64,000 bases of DNA, from NCBI GenBank assembly GCA_913009635.1, contig CAJVXI010000001.1, forward strand, positions 2,915 through 66,914, in the 5' to 3' direction. Positions 16,214 through 26,601 of the stretch are shown here, in pieces (the first letter of the stretch is position 1; the number at the start of each line of letters is the position of its first letter). Below the pieces are notes generated by a model. That model saw nothing but the letters and a program-made list of their open reading frames with translations, had not been told where the DNA came from and did no database searches. The DNA is from an uncultured bacterium (GTDB taxonomy: Bacteria; Patescibacteriota; Minisyncoccia; UBA6257; UBA9933). The translations under genes were made by a program, and so were the position numbers.

Positions 16214-18793
16214 ATGTTCAGAAAGATTTATAAACGAAACGGCCATACAGTGCCGTTTAAAATTGAAAAAATTACGCAGGCCATTTACAGGGCCTCTATT
16301 GCTGTTGGTGATCCAAATTGGCAAATGGCGAATAATTTTTCCAAAGAGGTAATTAAGCGTCTTGAGAAAAAAATAAAAAAAGGAGCTATTCCAAATGTTG
16401 AAGAAGTGCAGGATGTGGTTGAACAAGTTTTAATAGAAAAGGTTCATCCTCGGATAGCTAAAGCGTATATTTTATATCGTCAGCATCGAGCGGAAATTCG
16501 TCAGGAGAAAAAACAAGTTCTTAATAAAACCGAGATTGATGAAGTTGATAAAAAATTTGACATTAATGCTTTGCGGGTTCTTGCTTCTCGTTATCTTAAG
16601 AAAAATGAGGATGGCAAAATTATTGAATCGCCGAAAGAACTTTTTGAAAGAGTTGCTGTTCATGTTGTTTTGTCATCGCTTTTTTATGACTCTAAAATTT
16701 ATAAAAAACAGAGCGGAACAATAGAACATCGAATTGAAGAATTTGATCCGCAGAAATTTGAAGATAAGTTTTCTATCGGTAAATTTAAACTTAATAGATT
16801 TCATCTGGAAGCCGCTAAAAGAGTTTACGATCGATTTGCCAAAGAAAAGAAAATTAAAGTTTCCTGGATTAAATTTTTAGATTTATTAAAGAAAGGTTAT
16901 TTTTCAAAATATGAAAATGAAATTATCTCTTATTATGATTTAATGGTTAGCAGGCGATTTTTGCCAAATACGCCGACTTTAGCGAATTTTGGCAATCATT
17001 TAGGAATGGGTTCCGGTTGTTTTGCTTTAGGCATAGAGGATTCTATAGATTCTATAATGGATACGTTAAAATCCGCGGCTATTATTTTTAAATCCGGCGG
17101 CGGAGTTGGTTATAATTTTTCTAATTTGCGAGCAGAAGGCGATTTTGTTAAAACAACCAGTGGCGTGTCTTCCGGTCCGATTAGTTTTATGTCAATGTTT
17201 GACGTAATGACAGATGTGATAAAACAGGGCGCTATGCGTCGGGGGGCAAATATGGGAATTTTGAATAGTTCACATCCGGACATTGAAAAATTTATTAAAG
17301 CGAAAGAAGGCAATAAAGCGTTGAGAAATTTTAATATTTCAGTAATGCTTATGCCGGAATTCTGGAGGGCCTACAAAGAAAATAAAACATACGATTTGGT
17401 AAATCCGCGAACAGGGAAACCAGTCAAAGAAATAAACAGTCGTCAACTTTTTGATAATATTAGCCATCAGGCATGGGAATCAGCTGAGCCTGGAATTTTA
17501 TTTTTTGACCGAATCAATGAACATAATCCATTTTTGAAATCTTTAGGGCCGATTGAAAACACTAATCCGTGCAGTGAGCTTCCACTTTATCCAAATGAAA
17601 GCTGTAATTTGGGCTCTATTAATGTGTGGGCTTATTTAAAGAAAAATGGCGATAAGAAACCTAAATTTAATTGGTTGCAATTAGAGCGGGACGTTAAATT
17701 TGCCACACGATTTTTGGATGGCGTAATTGATGTTAATAAATATCCATTAAAAGAGATTGAAGAAATGACTTTAAGCACCAGAAAGATTGGGTTAGGCGTG
17801 ATGGGAGTTGGCGATTTACTTTATGAGCTGGAAATTCCGTATGCCTCTAAGAAAAGCATACAATTCATGGAAGAGTTAATGGAATTTATCAACTATCATT
17901 CAAAGGAAGCTTCAGTGGAATTATCCAAAGAACGCGGCCGGCTGCCATATTTTAGTAAATCGTTTTACAAAGAAGGAAAATTGCCGTTTTCCGGTTTAAA
18001 AGATAAAAAATCATGGCATTTTGATTGGGCTGAATTAATTAAAAAGATTAAGAAGTATGGTATTAGAAATGCCGGAACTACTACTGTTGCTCCAACGGGT
18101 TCCATTTCTATGCTTGCTGGCACATCTTCCGGCATTGAACCAGTTTACAGTTTAGTTTTTGAAAAAAATGTGGCTGTTGGCAGTTTTTATTATGTTGATC
18201 CAGTTTTTGAAGAAGAAATGAGGAAAGCTGGCTTAATGGACGAAGATTTAATTACTGACACTTCTCGTTTTAGCGGCAGTATTCGTCATATTTCTTATAT
18301 CCCAGAAAAATATAAAAAGATATTTGTTACCGCGATGGATGTTGCGCCGTCTGACCATATCAAGGTTTTAGCGTCTTTTCAAAAATGGGTTGATTCAGCG
18401 ATTTCTAAGACTAATAATTTTCCGTCCGAAGCAACGGTTGATGATATTAAAAGAGCTTACCTTTTAGCTTACGAGTTGGGTTGCAAAGGTATTTCTGTTT
18501 ATCGTGATAAATCTTTACATACTCAGGTTTTAGTCGGTGGCAGCACCAAAAAGAAACCCAAGGACATTCAAAGATTGTCTGTTGTTAAAAAAGATGAAAA
18601 AACTAAGGGCTTAGTTGTTTATCATGAATCCGGGACTCAAACAGAGGTCAGTTCTTTAGAATTGCCTCCTATTGAAACAAATAATTCTTTTGAAATTAAA
18701 GAAATTAAAGATTGTCCTAGTTGTAAAATTCCTTTAGTGCGTCAGGAGGGCTGTAAAAAATGTCCGTCATGCGGATGGGGAATGTGTTCGTAA
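16214..18793 (+). CDS. nrdJ: Class II (adenosylcobalamin-dependent) ribonucleotide reductase with an N-terminal ATP-cone and a C-terminal zinc ribbon.
   Basis: ATP-cone 'MFRKIYKRNGHTVPFKIEKI', active-site 'NTNPCSELPL' and C-terminal 'CPSCK...CKKCPSCG'. Confidence 0.8.
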   Translation: MFRKIYKRNGHTVPFKIEKITQAIYRASIAVGDPNWQMANNFSKEVIKRLEKKIKKGAIPNVEEVQDVVEQVLIEKVHPRIAKAYILYRQHRAEIRQEKKQVLNKTEIDEVDKKFDINALRVLASRYLKKNEDGKIIESPKELFERVAVHVVLSSLFYDSKIYKKQSGTIEHRIEEFDPQKFEDKFSIGKFKLNRFHLEAAKRVYDRFAKEKKIKVSWIKFLDLLKKGYFSKYENEIISYYDLMVSRRFLPNTPTLANFGNHLGMGSGCFALGIEDSIDSIMDTLKSAAIIFKSGGGVGYNFSNLRAEGDFVKTTSGVSSGPISFMSMFDVMTDVIKQGAMRRGANMGILNSSHPDIEKFIKAKEGNKALRNFNISVMLMPEFWRAYKENKTYDLVNPRTGKPVKEINSRQLFDNISHQAWESAEPGILFFDRINEHNPFLKSLGPIENTNPCSELPLYPNESCNLGSINVWAYLKKNGDKKPKFNWLQLERDVKFATRFLDGVIDVNKYPLKEIEEMTLSTRKIGLGVMGVGDLLYELEIPYASKKSIQFMEELMEFINYHSKEASVELSKERGRLPYFSKSFYKEGKLPFSGLKDKKSWHFDWAELIKKIKKYGIRNAGTTTVAPTGSISMLAGTSSGIEPVYSLVFEKNVAVGSFYYVDPVFEEEMRKAGLMDEDLITDTSRFSGSIRHISYIPEKYKKIFVTAMDVAPSDHIKVLASFQKWVDSAISKTNNFPSEATVDDIKRAYLLAYELGCKGISVYRDKSLHTQVLVGGSTKKKPKDIQRLSVVKKDEKTKGLVVYHESGTQTEVSSLELPPIETNNSFEIKEIKDCPSCKIPLVRQEGCKKCPSCGWGMCS

Positions 18794-18819
18794 ATAAAAA
18801 AGGGCTATTACCCCCCTTT

Positions 18820-19140
18820 TTATTTCATTGATTCACTTGCTTCGTCTATTAGTTTTGGAGAAGAATTAGCGTAAAAGATAATCGCGATTACAAGAGTAAT
18901 GTGATGCAAGGCGTTAAATAGAAAGCCAAGCGGCGCTTCTACTAAATGATCAATTATTGCCAAAAGAAAAGAAAAAGTGAAAATAATTGATCCTAAAACT
19001 AAATAATTAAAAGGTTTTTTAAAAATTGAACCAACAAGCGAAGCTCTGATTTTTCGGCTTTTAAAAATAAAGATTAATCCTATTAAAAAACCAATAAAGT
19101 TAAGAATTAAAACCATTAATTCAAAATAATTTTCATTCAT
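18820..19140 (-). CDS. Hypothetical small membrane protein (3 TM helices).
   Basis: The hydrophobic profile is the only evidence. Confidence 0.35.
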   Translation of the reverse strand: MNENYFELMVLILNFIGFLIGLIFIFKSRKIRASLVGSIFKKPFNYLVLGSIIFTFSFLLAIIDHLVEAPLGFLFNALHHITLVIAIIFYANSSPKLIDEASESMK

Positions 19141-19210
19141 AATTTTTTTACGTATTTTAACGACCTTTGCTTTTTATTATATTATATGATATTTTTATGT
19201 AATAAAACAA

Positions 19211-20476
19211 ATGAGTAAGAAATATTCTATAATTTTATTATTATTGATTATTATTCTGGCAATAGGAGCCGGGATTTTTATTTACCCTTTATTCAATAAA
19301 TTAAACGTTCGTCCTTGGCGTTTAGGTTTGGATTTGGTTGGTGGCAGCCATTTAATATACGAAGTGGATATGTCTCAAGTTGATAAAAAAGACAAGGATT
19401 CAGTAATGAACGGCTTAAGGGAAGTAATTGAAAAAAGAGTTAATTTATTCGGCGTTAGCGAACCTAGAGTAACTGCCAGTAAGATAGGAGAATCTTTTCG
19501 TTTAATCGTTGAATTAGCTGGCATTAAGGATATTGGAGAAGCCGTAAAAGAGATTGGCTCAACTCCACTCTTGGATTTTCGAGAAGTTATATATACACAA
19601 ATAGAAGAAAAGACGAATGATAATACAAAAGAAAGCATTCAATTCATTCCGACAAATTTAACTGGTCGTTATATGGAAGGGGCTCAACTTGATTTTAATC
19701 AAACAACAGGTGCTGCTCAAATAAATATTCAATTTAATAGCGAAGGAGCAAAAATTTTTGAAGAGTTAACTGAAAAAAATGTTGGGCAGCCATTGGCAAT
19801 TTTTCTTGATAATCAACTTATTGAAATGCCTATGGTTAGAGAAAAAATTACTGGCGGTCGGGCGCAAATTACCGGGAAATTCACGATTGATGAAGCTAAA
19901 AAAATGGTGGAGCGTTTCAATGCAGGCGCTTTACCAGCTCCAATTAATTTAATTAGTCAGTATACTATTGGAGCTAGTTTAGGTGCTAGGTCTTTGGATA
20001 GCGCAATCAAGGCAGGGGCATGGGGAATACTTCTGATAATGATTTTTATGGTTCTTTATTATAGGAGTTTTGGAGTTTTTGCTTCGCTAGCGCTTTTAAT
20101 TTACGTTATTTTGACTTTATCTGTATTTAAGAGCCTATCGATTACCATGACTTTAGCTGGTATTGCAGGATTTATTCTTTCTATTGGAATGGCAGTTGAT
20201 GCTAATATTTTAATTTTTGAAAGAACTAAAGAAGAAATCAAAAAAGGCCTTTCACGAATTTCAGCTGTTGAGGAAGGATTCAAGCGGGCTTGGTCATCAA
20301 TTCGTGATTCCAATATTGCTACTATTATTAGTTCAGTTATTTTGTATTATTCTACCTCAAGTTTTGTAAAGGGATTTGCTTTAGCGCTTTTAATCGGAGT
20401 TTTAGTTTCAATGTTTAGCGCAATAACAGTGACAAGAACAATGTTGAGAGTGTTCACGCGAGCCACTAGCGACTAG
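19211..20476 (+). CDS. secD: Protein translocase subunit SecD. Its last codons and stop lie in the repeat family B copy.
   Basis: N-terminal TM and periplasmic domain 'LGLDLVGGSHLIYEV', followed by a C-terminal 6-TM bundle. Confidence 0.9.
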   Translation: MSKKYSIILLLLIIILAIGAGIFIYPLFNKLNVRPWRLGLDLVGGSHLIYEVDMSQVDKKDKDSVMNGLREVIEKRVNLFGVSEPRVTASKIGESFRLIVELAGIKDIGEAVKEIGSTPLLDFREVIYTQIEEKTNDNTKESIQFIPTNLTGRYMEGAQLDFNQTTGAAQINIQFNSEGAKIFEELTEKNVGQPLAIFLDNQLIEMPMVREKITGGRAQITGKFTIDEAKKMVERFNAGALPAPINLISQYTIGASLGARSLDSAIKAGAWGILLIMIFMVLYYRSFGVFASLALLIYVILTLSVFKSLSITMTLAGIAGFILSIGMAVDANILIFERTKEEIKKGLSRISAVEEGFKRAWSSIRDSNIATIISSVILYYSTSSFVKGFALALLIGVLVSMFSAITVTRTMLRVFTRATSD

Positions 20477-20561
20477 CCACTAGTGATTAGTGTTGACAAC
20501 AAAGTTTTTTAGTGACTAACTCCCTAGTGGCTAGTGGCTAATTTACTAGTGGCTTAAATTT
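20461..20561. repeat. Repeat family B copy between secD and secF.
   Basis: The sequence runs 'agccactagcgactagccactagtgattag...ccctagtggctagtggctaatttactagtggc'. Confidence 0.85.
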
Positions 20562-21470
20562 ATGAATATAATAGGACATCGTAAAATTTTTCTTTCTATT
20601 TCCGGCATTTTAGTCATTGCTAGTATTATTGCTGTTGTAGTTTTTGGTCTTAAACCGGGAATTGATTTTGTTGGCGGTACTTTATGGCAACTTCGATTAA
20701 CGCAGACAAACGCAGATGGTACGCGGATAAACGCAGATTTAATAAAAAATTTTTTTGAAGAAGAATTAGCAGTAAAAAATATAACTATTTATCCATCAGA
20801 AGATAAGAGTTTTCTGATTCGATTTGGTCATATTTCTGAAATTGAACATCAGCAATACATTCAAGCGTTTAATAATAAATTTGGAGAAATTGAGGAGATG
20901 CGTTATGAAACAATCGGACCGACAATAGGCGTAGAGCTTAAGAAAAAAGCTATTTGGGCGATTATTTTGGTACTTTTGGGAATTTCTTTGTATATTTCTT
21001 TTGCTTTTAGAAAAGTATCTTATCCGATTAAATCTTGGAAATACGGAATTATTGCTTTAATTACGCTTTTTCATGATGTTTCTATTTCTGTTGGATTTTT
21101 GGCTATTTTTGGCTGGCAATTAGGAATCGAATTAGATACAAATTTTATAGTGGCTCTTTTGGTAATTATGGGTTTTTCAATTCATGACACTATCGTAGTT
21201 TTTGACCGAATTAGAGAGAATGTTTTAATCAATCGTCATCGTCTTAAATTAGATGAAATTATTAATCAAAGCGTTAACCAGACAATAATGCGTTCAATTA
21301 ATACTTCATTTACTTTAATATTGGTATTATTAACTTTATTCTTTATTGGTCCTGCTTCATTAAAATATTTTATTTTAGTGATATTGTTGGGTACAATTAT
21401 TGGCACTTATTCTTCAATCTTTGTAGCTTCACCGCTATTGACAATTTGGCACAAATCTGATAAAAAGTAG
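20562..21470 (+). CDS. secF: Protein translocase subunit SecF with a small tandem-unit insertion at 20698-20748.
   Basis: 'GIDFVGGT' followed by a C-terminal TM bundle. The insertion 'acgcagacaaacgcagatggtacgcggataaacgcagat' encodes 'TQTNADGTRINAD'. Confidence 0.9.
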   Translation: MNIIGHRKIFLSISGILVIASIIAVVVFGLKPGIDFVGGTLWQLRLTQTNADGTRINADLIKNFFEEELAVKNITIYPSEDKSFLIRFGHISEIEHQQYIQAFNNKFGEIEEMRYETIGPTIGVELKKKAIWAIILVLLGISLYISFAFRKVSYPIKSWKYGIIALITLFHDVSISVGFLAIFGWQLGIELDTNFIVALLVIMGFSIHDTIVVFDRIRENVLINRHRLKLDEIINQSVNQTIMRSINTSFTLILVLLTLFFIGPASLKYFILVILLGTIIGTYSSIFVASPLLTIWHKSDKK

Positions 21471-21494
21471 AAAGAGTACGAAATACTAAATAAT

Positions 21495-22532
21495 ATGAAA
21501 GTTATGATTAATCTTAATGAAATAATCAACAATTTAATCAGTGATTTGACTCCGCGACAAAAAGAAATCCTAGAAGGAAGATTTGGATTAAAGACGGGAC
21601 ATAAAATGACTTTAGCTGCTTTAGGGGAAAAGTATGGTCTTACTCGGGAGAGAGTGAGGCAGATAGAAGAAGAAGTTTTGAAGTCAATTGCCAAGAAAAT
21701 TAAATTAGGTCCAACAGCTAAAATTTTAACGGAGATAACTAATTATTTTAAAAAAATTGGCAATGTACGTCGTGAAGATTTTTTAGTTGAAGATCTTAGA
21801 AAATTATTAAAAGATAAAACTTTAACGACTTGGCAGCTCAAGTTTATTTTTGAGGCGGCTGGTTATCCTAATTATCACATTGAGGATAAAAATTTTTATA
21901 GTTTTTGGTATAAAGATAAGGCAATATTTAAGAAAGTTAATGATTTTATTAATAAATTGACAAAATTTTTCAGTAACAAAAAAGAAGATTTGATTACTCA
22001 TAAAAAATTTGACAAACTCTTTACTCAAATAATTAAACCTCACGCTTTACAAGATGTAATTGCATTAAATTATATTTCGGTTTCCAAAAAATTTGACACT
22101 AATAGTTATGGTGATTTTGGATTGAGCCATTGGGAAGAAATTAGACCTAAAACAATGAGAGCTAAGGCATACTTGGTGATAAGAAAACATCAAAAACCAA
22201 TGCATTTTAAGAAAATAACAGAATCAATTAATAAAGCTAATTTTGATAAACGAGTGGCTTTGCCTCAGACTATTCATAATGAATTAATTAAAGATCCACG
22301 ATTTGTTTTGGTTGGCCGTGGAATGTACGGTCTTAAAGAATTTGGCCTTATGCCTGGAACTGCCAGAGAAGTTATTGCTCGGCTGCTAAAAACTAAAGGA
22401 CCACTTTTATCTTCTGAAGTAATAAATTTAACTCTTCAACAAAGAGTTCTTAAGAAATGCACTATTCTTCTTAATCTCCAAAATAAAAAGCATTTCAAGC
22501 GATTGCCTGATGGAAGATATCACGTAGCATAA
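21495..22532 (+). CDS. Sigma-70 region-4-like HTH protein with an uncharacterised C-terminal domain.
   Basis: 'LTPRQKEILEGRFGL.....TLAALGEKYGLTRERVRQIEEEVLKSI' matches sigma region 4. The remaining ~250 aa are unassigned. Confidence 0.5.
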   Translation: MKVMINLNEIINNLISDLTPRQKEILEGRFGLKTGHKMTLAALGEKYGLTRERVRQIEEEVLKSIAKKIKLGPTAKILTEITNYFKKIGNVRREDFLVEDLRKLLKDKTLTTWQLKFIFEAAGYPNYHIEDKNFYSFWYKDKAIFKKVNDFINKLTKFFSNKKEDLITHKKFDKLFTQIIKPHALQDVIALNYISVSKKFDTNSYGDFGLSHWEEIRPKTMRAKAYLVIRKHQKPMHFKKITESINKANFDKRVALPQTIHNELIKDPRFVLVGRGMYGLKEFGLMPGTAREVIARLLKTKGPLLSSEVINLTLQQRVLKKCTILLNLQNKKHFKRLPDGRYHVA

Positions 22533-22630
22533 AGAATTGTTAAATTGTTATATTGTTATTTATTTAATAAAAAAAAACTCGTAAAATTCATTTCAACAAT
22601 TTAATAATTTAACAATTTAGCAATAAATTT

Positions 22631-23998
22631 ATGTCCGAGCTGTTTATAGAGCCTTTTTCTCTTATTGTAGATTTCTTCAGGACTTACTCAGTAATTTTTC
22701 AATGGCTGGGGATTTTTATTTTATTAATAGTGTTGTTTAAAGTATTTGAGCAGGCATGGCTTTTTCATCGACGATCACTTTATAAAAATAATATTAAATG
22801 GATTCTTTTAGAAATTAAGATTCCTCGGGAAGTTCAAAAAACGCCTTTGGCAATGGAGCAGTTTTTTATGAGTATTCATAGTTTAAAAAATACCCCAGGT
22901 AATTTTTTTGAAAAATATATTGAAGGAGTAGTAACTATGTGGTGGAGTATGGAAATAGTGAGTTTTGGCGGTGAGATTCATTTTTATATTAGAACTTCTG
23001 AAAGACACAAGAAAATAATTGAGGCAGGTCTTTATGCTCAATATCCATACGTAGAGGTGTCTGAGGCAAAGGATTATATAGATGAATTTTCAAAAGAAAC
23101 TAAAGAGATTTACCAGAAAGGATATGATATTTTTGGAGGCGAATTTATTTTGGATAAAGAAGATGTTTATCCAATTACCACTTATGAATATTTTGAAAAA
23201 GACAAAGAAGAGTTGGCTATTGATCCGATTTCCACGCTTTTAGAAACTTTTTCTAATATTCATAAAGAAGAGACGGTGTTTATGCAAATTCTTATTCGGC
23301 CGATTGGGTCTGAATGGCATGATGCAGGAAAGAAATTAGTGGATAAGCTAGTTGGCAGAAAAGAGCAGAAAAAAGGCGGCGGAGGAGATACTTTAGCTGA
23401 TACAGCAAGGAACGTATTTATGGCGCCGATTGAACATCCGGCATGGTCTGAAAAAGCAGATAATAAAGAAGAAAAAGATTTGATGAAAAAGTTAACTCAC
23501 GGCGAACAGGAAATTATTAAAGCAATTGAAAGAAATATTTCAAAACCGGGTTTTGATACTGTAATTCGTTATGTTTATTACGCGCAAAACTCTGTTTTTA
23601 ACGCTAATTTCGCCAAAATGGGTCTTTTGGGAGCAATAAATCAATATGCCTCACAATCTCTTAATTCTTTTAAGGGAAATAAAATGATTGAAACACGAAG
23701 CCGCTGGATTTTTTTTCCGTATCTTTTTGTTAATAAAAGAATTGAAGCCAGAAAACAGCGGCTTTTATATAATTACCGTAATAGGAAAATGCCGGAAGAA
23801 TTAAAATTAGGCAGAGTTTATACGTCGCATCCTTTAAATTTTAATACTAAATCAAAGAGTTTTATTTTAAGCACCGCGGAATTAGCCACTATTTATCATA
23901 TCCCAGCTGAAGGGGTTTTGACTGCTCCGCATACCAAAAGAGCTGAAAGCAAGAAAATGGGTCCTCCGGCTGGCTTGCCAATATTTACAGAAGAATAA
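22631..23998 (+). CDS. Hypothetical N-terminally membrane-anchored protein (455 aa).
   Basis: One TM helix 'VIFQWLGIFILLIVLF' and no recognisable motifs. It lies upstream of the ATPase island. Confidence 0.35.
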   Translation: MSELFIEPFSLIVDFFRTYSVIFQWLGIFILLIVLFKVFEQAWLFHRRSLYKNNIKWILLEIKIPREVQKTPLAMEQFFMSIHSLKNTPGNFFEKYIEGVVTMWWSMEIVSFGGEIHFYIRTSERHKKIIEAGLYAQYPYVEVSEAKDYIDEFSKETKEIYQKGYDIFGGEFILDKEDVYPITTYEYFEKDKEELAIDPISTLLETFSNIHKEETVFMQILIRPIGSEWHDAGKKLVDKLVGRKEQKKGGGGDTLADTARNVFMAPIEHPAWSEKADNKEEKDLMKKLTHGEQEIIKAIERNISKPGFDTVIRYVYYAQNSVFNANFAKMGLLGAINQYASQSLNSFKGNKMIETRSRWIFFPYLFVNKRIEARKQRLLYNYRNRKMPEELKLGRVYTSHPLNFNTKSKSFILSTAELATIYHIPAEGVLTAPHTKRAESKKMGPPAGLPIFTEE

Positions 23999-24048
23999 AA
24001 CTTTGAAACTCTGAAATTTTTAAACTCTGAAACTTTAAACTTTTAAGC

Positions 24049-24570
24049 ATGGTCACATTTTTTTCTATTCTAAAAATTATCATTACTGTTTTATTAGCCG
24101 GACTTTTAACCGGTATCTTGGTTTTATTTGTAAAATCGTTTCATTTTGGGCCTAAAATAAGAATTTTTCATGCAATGAATTTTGCTAAGGAGTCTAAGGT
24201 TTCTGATAGCCGATATCAAGAAATTATGCGTCATCGGGAAATTATTCGTAGAAAATGGGAAAAATTGTTAGAGAAAATAAAATCCGGCGATGAACGAGAT
24301 TTACGTTTGGCAATTATTGAGGCTGACAATTTAGTTGATGAGATTTTAATTAGACATGGCTATTCGGGGAAAGATATGGGAGAGCGTTTAAAATCTATTC
24401 ATCCCAGCGAAATTGAAAATCTTGACGATTTATGGAAAGCGCATAAAATTAGGAATAGAATAGCTCATGAGTCGGAATTTCATATTGCTCAAGTAGAAGC
24501 TAAAAAAATAATTACTGTTTATCATAAGACATTAAAAGATTTAACGTCAAAAGATTTGGAGCTTGTGTAA
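24049..24570 (+). CDS. Hypothetical small membrane-anchored protein.
   Basis: One N-terminal TM helix. Its stop codon lies in the repeat family C copy. Confidence 0.35.
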   Translation: MVTFFSILKIIITVLLAGLLTGILVLFVKSFHFGPKIRIFHAMNFAKESKVSDSRYQEIMRHREIIRRKWEKLLEKIKSGDERDLRLAIIEADNLVDEILIRHGYSGKDMGERLKSIHPSEIENLDDLWKAHKIRNRIAHESEFHIAQVEAKKIITVYHKTLKDLTSKDLELV

Positions 24571-24774
24571 AGCGTAATGCCAATATACGAATGCGTACTA
24601 ATGATACAAATAAATAAATACTAATATATGATGCCAATATACTAATGGATACTAATGATACAAATAAATACTAATTCGTATGTATTAGTATAATTAGCAT
24701 GAATTCGTATATTAGCATTTCACATAAGTATAATTAGCATGAATTAGTATATTAGCATTACATTAAGCGAAGCA
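24571..24774. repeat. Repeat family C copy, long form.
   Basis: Nearly identical to 11904-12112. It ends 'cattaagcgaagcaATG'. Confidence 0.85.
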
Positions 24775-26214
24775 ATGAGAGAAGGTAAAATCCAAATAAT
24801 TAAATACGCTCCGCCTCCACCGGATTTACCAATCTATGGTCAGGTAGATCCAAATGAAACTTCTTTTTTTGGCAGGACCAATTACGAGGCAGGTTTAGAA
24901 TCAAAAAGATTCATTTTTGGCATTAAAAGACGAGATAGGCGTCGCCATTTTTATGTTGTTGGTAAATCAGGGGTTGGTAAATCAAAACTTTTAGAATTAT
25001 TAATTCGTCAGGACATTACTTATGGACATGGTTTGTGTCTGATGGACCCGCACGGTGATGTTATTGCTAATATTCTTGATTTTATTCCCGAGCATAGAAT
25101 AAAAGACGTAGTTTTAATTGACCCTTCGGATACTCAATGGCCGGTTTCTTTTAATCCATTGATGAATATTACTCCTGAACTGAAGCATCAAGTTACTCAA
25201 GGTTTGATTGAGGTAATGGAAAAACAGTTTGGCGCTAATTGGACTCCACGGTTGGAGCATGTTTTTAGATTTACATGTTTGGCTTTATTGGATTATCCAG
25301 GTGCAACAATGAGAGGGATGATTTTAATGTTAACTGACAGGAATTATCGTCACAAAGTTATTGAATATATTGAAGATGAAATGGTTAAGCGGTTCTGGGC
25401 GATTGAATTCGCTGATTGGTCAGAGAAATTTGATACAGACGCTATTATCCCTTTAGTAAATAAATTAGGACAATTTCTTTCAAATCCTTTACTTCATTAT
25501 ATTTTTGGCCAAAAAGACAATAAAGTTGATATTCAAAAGATAATGAATGAAGGAAAAATTCTTTTAATTAATTTGTCTAAAGGAAAGTTAGGAGAAGAAA
25601 ATTCCAGTTTTTTCGGTTCAATGTTTATTACTAAAATTCATCAGGCAGGCATGGCAAGAGCTGATATATCCGAAGAAGAGCGAAAGGATTTTTATCTGTA
25701 TGTTGATGAGTTTCATAATGTAGTTACTGATACTTTTATCAATGTTATAACTGAAGCGAGAAAATACGGTATTTGCGCAACTTTAGCTCATCAATATCGA
25801 GCCCAGCTTCCTATACAGATTATGGCAACTATTTTGGGTAATGTCGCTAATATTGTTATTTTTAGAGTTGGCGGAGATGATGCCAAGTTTTTTGAGAAAG
25901 AAATGACACCTGTTTTTAAAGATAAAGATATGATTAATCTGGGAATGCAGGAATTTTATATCAAGATGACTATTGACGGTGAAACTCATGATCCTTTTTC
26001 AGCTGAAACTTTAAAAATTCTTTCACCTACGCATCCTTCTTATAAAAATGAAATTATTGAATATAATCACAAAACGTATTGTTTGCCATTAGAAGAAGTA
26101 AAAAGAAAAATTACTGAAGCAGAAGGATTAACTGTACAGCAGCAGTCAAAGGTCGCAGAAACCACTCCTGGCGAGTCTCGTTCTGATGAACGGAAAGAAG
26201 AGCCAATCGTGTAA
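24775..26214 (+). CDS. TraG/TraD/VirD4-like (type IV coupling protein family) P-loop ATPase, soluble form without N-terminal TM helices.
   Basis: Walker A 'VGKSGVGKSKLL', Walker B 'FYLYVDEFHN', then 'EARKYGICATLAHQYRAQL', which resembles the VirD4 'DEF.N...E..R.YG....QS..QL' region. It is a paralogue of 28852-30501. Confidence 0.5.
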   Translation: MREGKIQIIKYAPPPPDLPIYGQVDPNETSFFGRTNYEAGLESKRFIFGIKRRDRRRHFYVVGKSGVGKSKLLELLIRQDITYGHGLCLMDPHGDVIANILDFIPEHRIKDVVLIDPSDTQWPVSFNPLMNITPELKHQVTQGLIEVMEKQFGANWTPRLEHVFRFTCLALLDYPGATMRGMILMLTDRNYRHKVIEYIEDEMVKRFWAIEFADWSEKFDTDAIIPLVNKLGQFLSNPLLHYIFGQKDNKVDIQKIMNEGKILLINLSKGKLGEENSSFFGSMFITKIHQAGMARADISEEERKDFYLYVDEFHNVVTDTFINVITEARKYGICATLAHQYRAQLPIQIMATILGNVANIVIFRVGGDDAKFFEKEMTPVFKDKDMINLGMQEFYIKMTIDGETHDPFSAETLKILSPTHPSYKNEIIEYNHKTYCLPLEEVKRKITEAEGLTVQQQSKVAETTPGESRSDERKEEPIV

Positions 26215-26295
26215 GAGTAATCACTAATTAGCGAATACTCGCGAATATAGCGAATTCGCCATATTCGCAAAGATTTGTAATTCGCGAACACTCCC
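26215..26295. repeat. Repeat family D copy.
   Basis: It fills the gap to cutA. The antisense ORF 26067-26297 is partly its translation. Confidence 0.85.
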
Positions 26296-26601
26296 ATGAT
26301 ATTTATTTATACAACTTGCCAAACTGCTGATGAAGCTAAGAAAATCGGCAAAATGATTATTGAAAAGAAATTAGCTGGCTGCGTTAATATTTGGCCTATC
26401 AATTCAATGTATTTTTGGAAAAACGAATTTAAAGAAGAGGAGGAAACAGTGCTTTTAATAAAGACAATTGAAGCAAGACTTCAAGAGATTGAAGATTTAA
26501 TTCAGGGCAGTCATAGCTATAGTGTTCCTTGTATTGCAACTATAGATATTAAGCGGATAAACCGTCCATATAAGGAATGGTTGGCGCAATGCATTGAGTA
26601 G
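26296..26601 (+). CDS. cutA: Divalent-cation tolerance protein CutA.
   Basis: The full-length CutA1 pattern is present ('IYTTCQTADEAKKIGKMIIEKKLAGCVNIWP'). Confidence 0.75.
   Translation: MIFIYTTCQTADEAKKIGKMIIEKKLAGCVNIWPINSMYFWKNEFKEEEETVLLIKTIEARLQEIEDLIQGSHSYSVPCIATIDIKRINRPYKEWLAQCIE

Noticed and set aside
16536-16724. Small ORFs 16193-16426(-), 16472-16663(-) and 16536-16724(+) at the nrdJ 5' region
   Set aside because: They lie inside the ATP-cone coding region of nrdJ and arise from low-complexity lysine-rich sequence.
26067-26297. Minus-strand ORFs 26067-26297 and 44598-44855 sharing the peptide '[17 protein letters not shown]'
   Set aside because: The shared peptide is the translation of repeat family D. 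The ORFs overlap strong + strand genes (the ATPase 3' end, rpsL and rpsG), so they are spurious.
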